DNA from: an uncultured delta proteobacterium
GTDB lineage: Bacteria > Myxococcota > Myxococcia > SLRQ01
NCBI GenBank assembly: GCA_963727485.1
Contig: CAVSGM010000001.1
Location: forward strand, 768,001-832,000
Direction: 5' to 3'
DNA: 64,000 nt
Below the pieces are notes generated by a model. It saw nothing but the letters and a program-made list of their open reading frames with translations. It searched no databases and had not been told where the DNA came from. Positions 13,790 to 22,688 of the stretch are shown one piece after another (position 1 is the first letter of the stretch; each line of letters starts with the position of its first letter). Both the position numbers and the translations under genes were made by a program.

Positions 13790-14299
13790 TCAGATCGTTG
13801 CGCTGCGGCCTCCGCCCATCTCGGCGAGCTGACGCCGGATGTCCGCCACCGCCTCCGCCAGCTCCCTGGGGCTGGTGGCGCCATCGGGCATGCTCGGAGC
13901 CATCCAGGACGAAGCGGCGTTTACCGTGGCGAAGACCTTGTGCGGGAAGGGCTGCTTGGCCACGAGGCTGATGCCGGTGACCACGCTGCGCACCGCAGCG
14001 GCGCGGAAGCCCGCCCCCTCGAAGACCACGCCGGAGGCCTTGATCAGGTCCCCGAACTCGCGGAGCGTCCGGGAAAGCTCGTCACGGACTTCGCCGGGCG
14101 GCATGCTCGCGTTGGGCTCGATGATGCTGAGCACCGCGCAGCCGTTGGGGTGACTCGCCTGTAGGTCCTGGAGGCCTTGACGACAGGCGTCGATGCCTTT
14201 GCGCGTGGTGTCGTGCCGCCAGATGACGACCGACAGCTCACGCCAGGACCCGGTGCAGAAGTCTTCGTCGTTGAGAAGAACGCTCGGTGATGTCAGCAT
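13790..14299 (-). CDS. Hypothetical protein, STAS/SpoIIAA-like myxobacterial family
   Basis: Clean 169-aa ORF; VVFEGAGFRAAAVRSVVTG..PHKVFATVNAASSWM pattern. Confidence 0.7.
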   Translation of the reverse strand: MLTSPSVLLNDEDFCTGSWRELSVVIWRHDTTRKGIDACRQGLQDLQASHPNGCAVLSIIEPNASMPPGEVRDELSRTLREFGDLIKASGVVFEGAGFRAAAVRSVVTGISLVAKQPFPHKVFATVNAASSWMAPSMPDGATSPRELAEAVADIRRQLAEMGGGRSATI

Positions 14300-14383
14300 C
14301 CAGAAGCTCGGCGCCCCGCCGCAGGCTTACAATAGGACACGCCCCCCACACAGATCAAGTCGGGCGCGGCCCGGGGCGAGGAT

Positions 14384-16186
14384 TTACGAGGTCAAGCCGA
14401 GGCGACGCATCTTGCGTCCGAGGGTCGCCGGGCTCACCCCCAGGGCCTTGGCGGCCCGCCGCACCACGCCGCCGTGGCGGGCGAGGGCCTCGAGGATGGC
14501 GGCCCGCTCGGCGTGGGCCACCCGAGCACGCAAGGTGCCCCCACGGGCCTCCAGTGCCGAGGCTCCGGGCGCTTGGCGCAGGCTGCCCGGCAGCTGCTCC
14601 GCGCCGATGGGGGCGCCGGGCTGGGCCAGGAGCACCGCCCGCTCCACCACGTTCCGGAGCTCGCGGACGTTCCCCGGCCAGCGGTAGGCTCGGAGGAGCC
14701 GTTCGACCTCCGGTGAGAAGCCGTTGGCCTGGACCCCGAGGCTCTCGTTGGCCTCCTCGAGAAAGTGCCGGGCCAGCACCAGGACGTCCTCGTCCCGGTC
14801 CCGCAAGGGCGGGATATCGATGACGAAGGTGCACAGCCGATAGAAGAGGTCCTCGCGGAACCGGCCCGCGGCCACCTCGCTGCGCAGGTCCCGGTTGCTC
14901 GCGGCCACCACGCGCACGTCCACCTGGTGGGGGCGGGTGCCGCCGACCGGGCGCACGGTCCCGGTCTCCAGGACCCGCAGCAGCCGCGACTGCACCTTGG
15001 GGGAGGTGTTCTCGACCTCGTCGAGGAAGAGCGTGCCCCCGTCGGCCAGGCGGAACAGACCCAGGTGGTCGGCGGTGGCCCCGGTGAACGCACCCTTCAC
15101 GTGGCCGAAGAGCTCGCTCTCGAGGATGCCCTCGGGGAGGGCGCCGCAATCCTGGATGACGAAGCCATCCTCGGCCCTGGGAGAGAGCTCGTGGAGGAGC
15201 CGCGCGAGGATCTCCTTACCGGTGCCCGTCTCGCCCTGGAGGAGCACGGGCATCCGGTGCGGGGCGACCCGACGCACGAGCTCTACCACGTGGCCCATCG
15301 CCGGGGCCTGGTGGACCAGGCGTGAATCGACCGCACCTGGCGCCGTGCACGGGGGTGCTGGGCGGCCCGCTCGCGGAGCAGGCCGCGCTCGAGCGCCTGG
15401 GCGAGGCGACGCTGCTCGCTGCGGAGGCCGTAGTCGGCGCAGCCCTCGAGGACGAGGTCGCGGAGGGCCGTGGCGCTCACCGGTGGGGCCGCGCTGCGGA
15501 AGAGCTTGCCCGCGTTGAAGCCCTTCACCATGGCGCCGGGGGGACCGGTCCGACGGGGATGAGCCGCGGCGCCCGGTCCCGGGTGATGCCGACGAGGCGC
15601 GGATCCCGGGCGTCGAAGAGCGCATGGGTCGCGGCGATCACAGCCTCGAGGTCCGCCTCCGTCGCGGCGAAGGCCACCACCGCGGCGACGTCGCCCCGCT
15701 CGACGACCCGAGCCAGGGCCGCCGCCGAGGCGGCGAAGTGGAGCTGGGTACGCGAGGCCAGGGCGCGCTCGGCGGGTCGGCGCTCCGGGCCGCCGGCGAG
15801 GGCCACGGCTACGTGGAAGCGGTAGTCCTCCAGGTAGCGCGCCAGGCTCGCCTGGTCTCCGACCGGCATGGAGACGAACTGCAGCCCCAGTCCCACGCCA
15901 AGTTCTCCGCCGGGAGACGCCGGGGGATCGTGGCGCCAGCGGACCTCCGCCCGGGCCCGGATCTCCGCGCCCGAGTCCGGGAGGGCAAACTCCAGTCGAC
16001 GTCGCCCTCGGCCGGGAGCTGGTGCCGGCTCGGGGGGCCGTCCGGCCACCAGCCCGAGGCCGGTGCTGCTGATGTCCACGGTCCAGCAGTCGTGGATCCG
16101 GGGCCGGGTGGGCACTGGACGAAGAGCGGCAGCCGCGCGGGGCGCTGGGGGGCGGTGCTCTGTTTCAATTCTGATACACGCGTCAT
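14384..16186 (-). CDS. Sigma54-dependent activator: PilZ, receiver-like region, AAA+, Fis HTH (several frameshifts)
   Basis: RPARLPLFV and DISSTG..RAEVRW..GLQF (PilZ); GETGTGKE, ESELFGHVKGAFTGA, LFLDEV, WPGNVRELRN; C-terminal HTH AAKALGVSPATLGRKM. Confidence 0.85.
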
Positions 16187-16189
16187 CCA

Positions 16190-16226
16190 TGAAATCCTGA
16201 TTTGAATACGTGAAATCAGAGTTTAA
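16190..16226. promoter_or_regulatory. Tandem quasi-palindromic sites, candidate enhancer (UAS) for the sigma54 activator
   Basis: TGAAATCCTGATTTGA (16190) and TGAAATCAGAGTTTAA (16211), 21 bp apart, in an AT-rich tract. Confidence 0.55.
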
Positions 16227-16296
16227 GTAAACCCAGGACCGAAACGTTCGGAGATGACAGTCGAGTCTTGTCACGGAAAGTCAGCCGCTTACGCTG

Positions 16297-16313
16297 CTGG
16301 CATATGTCATGCT
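16297..16313 (+). promoter_or_regulatory. Sigma54 -24/-12 promoter
   Basis: CTGGCATATGTCATGCT = TGGCA with GG-N10-GC spacing, divergent from a sigma54 activator gene. Confidence 0.7.
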
Positions 16314-16499
16314 TGCACCATCCTGGGGCGAAGAATCCACAGGACTAGTGACCGGCAACACGAAACGATATTCCCCCGTTGCACACGTGGGCCAAGGGCT
16401 CGTTTGGGAGCCCCGGGGGCTGACAATCGAGCCCTTGGTGGCGGACCCCGGTGTGGCCCGGGCACCCTCCGGCGCAGGCGCGCCGAGGCGGGGCCCGCG

Positions 16500-17631
16500 G
16501 GCCTGGTGGTGGCCACCGAGATAGCCCGGGTCGGCCCGTCGGTGCGCCTCGTCGACGCCGGTGATCCGGACACGGGAATGGCGTCCCTCGGTGGCAGGGG
16601 CACGGACGTGCTGCGCTACCTGGTCCTCGCCCCGGCCCTCGAGGCCGAGGGCGCCGTTCCTCGCACGGGCCTGCGGATCCAGGGCAGCGACCGCCGGGCA
16701 GGGCTACGCCTCGCCTCTCCCCGCGCTGGCGTCCGCCGCCCGCGGTCGCGGCTGCGGACCGACTCCTGGCCCGGGTGCCATCGACGCCGCGGGGCCCAGG
16801 CGTTCCTCCTCGTCGGCGGGGGCGGCGGGTGGCCGGCGTTCCCGGTGCTGGTCTTGGCCAGCGTCCCGGCGCTAGGGCTGACCCCCCACGGTCGTTGCTG
16901 GGGCGGCGCGGTGGTGGGGCCCGAGCTGCGATCCTCGCTGTCTCCGGCACCCTGACGGGCGTGGCCGCTCGCGGCTCCTCGGCCAGGCGCCAACCGCCGA
17001 GCGCCACAAGACCGAGGAGTTCGCCTCGGCCCGGGAGGCGCTTCTCGCCGAGGTGGAGGTGGCCCAAGAGGTACAGACCCTCCTCCTCTGGAGATGGAGG
17101 TCGCCCAGCGGATCCAGACCTTGCTCCTGCCCCGGACTCCCCCGGGTCCCCGACCACGAGGTGGTGGGGCGGATGATCACCGCCAGCGAGGTGGGTGGCG
17201 ACGACTACGACGTCCTGGAGGCTCGGCGCCCGCTGCCTCAACCGTGCCATGGGCCGGAACCTGCCGATGCTGATCGGCGCCGCGCCACCGCCGCCCTCGA
17301 GGAGGTGGAGCTGGAGGCGATGTGGCGCGGGGTCCTCGACGACCTCGAGCCCGAGCAGCTCCCGGCGGCCCGCTTCCGCCTCGGCGCCGGGGACCTGCTC
17401 TTCCGCTACACCGACGGGGTCGTCGAGCAGTTCGCCGACGACGAGATATCCGGCTTCGAGCGCATCAAGGACGTAATCGGCGAAACGCCCTGCCGGGGCG
17501 GCGGTCCGCGTGGACGAGGGGCTCCGGAGCCTCGAGGACTTCTCTTCGGAGCAGGAGGACGACATCCATGCTCGTCCTCGACCATGCCGGAGACGGCGCC
17601 GTGGTGGGGGCCAACGAGGAGGTCGCGATGA
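16500..17631 (+). pseudogene. Degenerate membrane-sensor SpoIIE/PP2C phosphatase
   Basis: EVAQRIQTLLLP..ASEVGGDDYDV, GDLLFRYTDGVVE and QEDDI remnants; central DVSGHG-type block absent; 5' boundary approximate. Confidence 0.6.
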
Positions 17632-19683
17632 GCGAGCGCACCGTGAATCTGGACGGCGGCGTCGCGACGCCGGAGGGGGCCCCAGCGTCGGGGCGTCGCG
17701 GTGGCTGCCGGCTCCGACGCGGCGCCGGCGTGTTCGTCGAGGTGGACGGCCTCGGCTCCGGGTGGACGCCCTGGACCCCGAGGGCGTGGAGGTGCGCCTC
17801 GCCCACGGGGAGGTGATCGCACGACCGGGTCCACGAGGTGCACCTCCTGGGATGAGATGCGGGTGGGCCCCCTGTCGGCCGAGGTCCGGGGCCACCCCGG
17901 GACGCCGGCCACGTCGGGGCCCTCACCCTCGGCTTCGTCACCCGAGCCCTCCATGGGCCGGGTGCTCCTCGGGGTGGTGGGCGCCCTCGCCGGCCGGGGC
18001 CTCGTCCAGGGTCCGGGTCGAGGACACCAGTGCCCGCGGAGATCATCGTTAATCCGGCGCGGAATCGGACGCCTGATACAGGGCTTCGCCGCGGGCCTCA
18101 CCGGGGCCCAGCTCCGCCAACCGGGGCAGCGCAGCCGGGTGGAGGGGTGGCTGGTGGGCCTGTCGCCGGATCCGGCGCGGCCCCTGCTCTGGGTGCTCGA
18201 CGGAACGCCCCGGAGGCGCCCCTGGAGATACGGGTGGCGGGCTACAGCTCGGCCTCGTGTTCCGCGTCGACCAGGCGCGTCGACGGGGGGCCTACCTCGG
18301 ACCCCCGAGCCCGAGGAGGTGGTCCGGCTCCGGACCCGGCGACATCAGCGGGCCCCCGCCCCCCTCGGGGCCTGGATCTCCTTCACCCACCCCCTGTGGC
18401 CCGGGGATCGGGTGCGCCGGCCCCTGCACGACGTGTCCTACGCCGGCCTCGGGTTCGCCACCGAGGCCTTCCGGGACGTGATGTGGCCGGGGCTGTCGCT
18501 CCCGCGGGTGGAGGTGCGTGCCCGGCGGCCAGCCCCTCAAGGTCGATGCGGTGGTGCGCCACGTGTCCCGGCGAGGCCGGGAGCACGGGGAATCTGCGGC
18601 GTGGAGCTGGGCGGCGACCTGGCCCGGTGGCACGCCACGGTGGAGCGCACCTCTACCCCACGACCCGCACCGCCTCCGACGAGGGCCTCTGGGACCTCTA
18701 CGTCGACTCGGGATACTTCAACATCTCGGGCAAGGCGGAGACCGGCTTCAGGCCGCGTCCGCCAGGCCTTCTCACCACCGACCAGGCCATGGGGCGCGCC
18801 CCGGCGGTCGCTGCCTGCGTGTGGCCCTCGTCCCGGGGCGTCGAGGCGGGCATGACCATGGCCCGGCCCTATCTGGGGAGCTGGGTGGCCTACCAGCTCG
18901 CCCGACGCCAGGACGAGGCGCCGGTCCCCGGAGCGCCAAGCGTGCTCCGGGAGACCCTGCTCCACAGCCTGGAGCACGCCTGGCGCGACCCGGGGTTCCG
19001 GTGGTTCATCACCTGGGTGCAGCACGCGGCTTCCCCTACCTGCTCCACGACCTCACCCAGCGGTGGATCGGCGAGACCGCGCTGGCCGCGATCGTGCCCT
19101 TCCACGCCTTCGAGGGGACGCGGCTGCCCTCCCCGGCATCGAGGTGGAGCTCGAGCTGGGGCCACCGTCGGCGAAGGAGCGGCAGCGGTTCCTGGCGCAC
19201 CTCGCCGCCACCCGCCGTGAGCCCTTCGTGGAGGCCCACGACCTCGTCGCCGAGCACCTCGACCTCGCCGACGCCCGGCGCGCCTGGACCGCCGCCGGGC
19301 TCACCGGGACGCGCATCCCCGTGTCGCCCGGCACGGGCGCCCGGTGGCCATGGCGGTGGCCGAGCTCGCCGAGGAGGGCGTCCACCTCTTCGCCCTCTTC
19401 CACGCCGTGCGGCTCCTCGCCCTGGAGGGGGCGCCGAGCCGCCTTCCCACGCTCCTGGAGGACGCGCGCGACTGGTACCAGGGGCTGGGCAAGGAGAAGT
19501 TCGTCCTCTTCCTCGAGGACCCCTGGCCGGGGGTCGCCGACACCGGCCTCGTCGATCTCGGGGCCGCCGACACCACCGTGCTCTCGGCCGATCTCCTCCC
19601 CGACCAGCTGGAGCACATCTGGGAGATCACCGCACCCCGGGCGCCGCCCCGGCCCCGTCGCCCCCGAGGACGGAGACCGATGA
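17628..19683 (+). CDS. PilZ-containing protein with putative C-terminal acyltransferase (GNAT-like) region; heavily frameshifted
   Basis: GAGGAGG RBS plus ATG 17628; RRHQR..HDVSYAGLGF (PilZ); LWDLYVDSGYF..PYLGSWVAYQLAR; ATGA overlaps at both ends. Confidence 0.55.
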
Positions 19684-21959
19684 CCGACCTCGCAGAGCGC
19701 CTCGACCTGATGAGCCGCGCCACCGGCGACTCCGACGTCTGGCACCCCGAGCTCCTCGACGCCGCCGCCGTGAGAGCTGGCGTGATTGAGCGCCTCCTCG
19801 ACGCCGAGCTGGTCCAGGCGGTCCACGACACCCTGGAGGACCAGCTCTGTGAGCTGATGGAGATCCGTAATCCCACCGAGGAGGACCCCGAGGCGCCTTC
19901 CTGGAGGAGGGCCCTGGCGTTCCTGCCCCTGGAGGCGCGGCGAGCTACGGGATCTGGGTCTACTACCCGTGGTCCCTGCAGCTGGTCCACTGCTCCTGCC
20001 GAAGGAGCCTACCGCGAGGTCCGGCTCTCCCGGAACCGCAACAAGATCACCCCGCGAGAGCAGGCCCGCCTGGGCACGCTGACCATCGGCGTCGCCGGGC
20101 TCTCGGTGGGCCAGGCCTCGGCCATCGCCCTGGCCATGGAGGGCATCGGTGGGCCTTCCGCCTCGCGGACTTCGACCGCCTCTCGCTCTCCAACCTCAAC
20201 CGGCTCCGCGGTGGGGTCGCGCGACCTGGGGGTCAACAAGGCGCGGCTCGCGGCCCGGGCCCTCTTCGAGATCGACCCGTACCTCGAGGTGGAGATCTTC
20301 CCCGAGGGCATCACCGCGGAGAACTACGAGGGCTTCCTCGACGGTCTCGACCTCCTCATCGAGGAGTGCGACGACCTCTACATGAAGCTCCGCCTCCGCG
20401 AGGGGGCCCGGGCCCGGCGGATCCCGGTGGTGATGGACACCAACGACCGGGGGCTCCTCGACGTCGAGCGCTTCGACCTCGAGCCGGAGCGGCCCATCCT
20501 CCATGGCCTGGTGGGCGACCTCGAGGCCGCACCCTCGAGCGGGCTGTCCACCGAGGACAAGGTGCCCTACGTCCTCGACATCGTCGGGGGGGCCGACGCG
20601 GTGTCCCCGCGCCTCGCCGCCTCGATGGTGGAGATCGGCAACACCCTGAACACCTGGCCCCAGCTCGCCTCCGACGTGCTCCTCGGGCGGCGCCTCTGCG
20701 CCGACGTCGCCCGGCGCATCGCCCTCGGGGGGATCTCGCGACTCGGGGCGCTTCTGCGTCGAGCTCGAGCAGCTGGTCGCCGACGGCCAGAGCGATCGAT
20801 GACTCCCGCCGAACCCGAGGCCGGCGCCCGTGACCGAGGTCCCCGACGGCGCCGGCGGTGGCGCCGGCGAGCGGCGCGAGCTCGCCCGGGAGCTCTCGCG
20901 GCCCTGGCCGGCTGCGGCGTCCTGGCGCCGTCCGGGGGGCAACTGCCAGCCTTGGCGGCTCGAGGCCCGGGGCGACCGGATCCGCTGCCATCCACGACGT
21001 GGCCCGCTCCGAGAGCTTCCTCGACTTCCAGCACCGCGCCAGCTACCTGGCCTTCGGGGCCCTGGCGGAGAACCTGCGCCATCGCCGCCTCCCAGCATGG
21101 GGCTGGCGGTGGAGGTCGAGCGCCTTCCCGCGAGGCCGGGGATCCCACCGTGGTCTGCGACCTCGAGCTCCAGCCGCGGAGGCCGGGGTGCGCGCCCGAT
21201 CCCCTCTTGAGCGTCCTCGCCGATCGCGCCACCAACCGGCGCCTGGGGACGCGTGTCCCTCTGGAGCCGGCGGCCCGCGGCGGCGCTCCGGAGGCCGCCG
21301 CGGCCCGCGGGCGGTACGCCTCCACCTCCTCGAGGAGCCGGAGGCGATGCGGCGGATGAGCGCCATCCTCGAGCGCGGGCGATCGCCTCCGCTTCCTCTC
21401 GCCGATCATGCACCGGGAGATGATGTGCGAGGTGCGATGGACCACCCGAGGAGGCCCTCCGCACCCGGGACGGGCTGGACGTCGGCACCCTGGAGCTCAG
21501 CCCCGCCGACCGCGCGGGGATGCAGGTGACCCGTGCTTTCCGGGTCATGGAGCTGGTGGGGCGCTTCGGCGGGGGCCAGGCCCTGGGCAAGCCCACGCGC
21601 AAGGCGGTGGAGGCGTCGTCGGCCCTGGGGCTGGTCACCTTCCCGGGCACGGGCGCCCGGCGACGCCTTCGCCGGTGGCCGGGCCCTGGAGCGGGTGTGG
21701 CTCACCGCCACCGCCCAGGGCCTCGCCTTCCAGCCCCTCACCGCCATCGTCTACCTCTTCAACCGCCTCGAGGCCGGCGGCGAGGGCCTGACCGAGGCGG
21801 AGCGCGCCGAGCTGACCGAGCTGCGGGCCGCGTGGCGCGAGCTGCTCCCCACCCCCGAGGGCCACTCGGAGATGATGCTCTTCCGGCTCGCCCAGGCGCC
21901 GCCGCCCACGGTCCGCGCCCTGCGCCGGCCCGGTGGAGGACGTGCTCAGCTTCGCGTGA
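19680..21959 (+). CDS. Rv1355c-like ThiF-nitroreductase didomain protein (frameshifted)
   Basis: WVYYPW, RNRNKIT..GVAGLSVG, DFDRLSLSNLNR, EECDD, DRGLLDVERFDLEP; nitroreductase APSGGNCQPW and GRALERVWLTATAQGLAFQP. Confidence 0.85.
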
Positions 21960-22676
21960 CCCGGCCCCCGAGCTCGTCCTCCCAGAGGGCGATGCCCCCG
22001 AGGATGCCCAGGTCGTTGGAGACGGTCTGGACGTCCTCGGGGAGCTCGAAGTCGAGGTGCTCGGCGTTGCCGCCGCCGATGTAGAGGCGGTCGAAGTTCA
22101 CCAGGCTCCGGAGGATCCGAAGGACCTTCTCCACCCGGTGGTTCCACTTCTCGTTGCCCTTCTTCTTCCGGGCGTGGTCGCCGAGGTAGTCGTTGTAGGT
22201 CTTGCTTCTTGTGGACCGGGTGGTGGGCGAGCTCGAGGTGGGGCATGAGCTCGCCGTCCCGGAAGAGCGCCGAGCCGAAGCCGGTGCCCAGGGTGATCGA
22301 CCATCTCCAGGCCCTCGCCCTTCACCGCGGCGAGGCCCTGCATGTCGGCGTCGTTGAGGATCCGGGTGGGGCGGTCGAGGCGCGCCTTCAGCGCCCCGGC
22401 GAGATCGAAGCCGGCCCAGACCTCGTTGCCGAAGTGGGGGGCGGTGACGACGGTGCCGCCGCGCACCACCCCGGGGAAGCCCACGGAGATGCGCCCGTAG
22501 TCCGGGAGGCCGTCGACGAGCCCCACCAGGGCGTCCACCAGGACCTTCGGGGGGCAGGGGTAGGGCGTCTTCACCCGGACCCGGTCGTGGAGCATCTTCC
22601 CTTCGGCGTCGAGGACCGAGGCCTTGAGGCCGGTGCCGCCGACGTCGATGGCGAGGGTGGGGCGGGGGTCAGGCAT
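21946..22676 (-). CDS. ROK family polyphosphate glucokinase-like protein (two frameshifts)
   Basis: IDVGGTGLK, GFPGVV, LNDADMQG, ITLGTGFGSALF, HLELAHH, LYIGGGN across frames. Confidence 0.85.
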
Positions 22677-22688
22677 CGGCTCATGGTA

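Noticed and set aside
19680..21959. ThiF protein as a CBASS/ubiquitin-like E1 or RiPP cyclodehydratase
   Set aside because: No E2, JAB, cyclase, YcaO or precursor peptide seen; motifs match the Rv1355c-type nitroreductase fusion.
13000..22000. Island as a mobile element or prophage
   Set aside because: No integrase, transposase, tRNA target or flanking direct repeats recognised.
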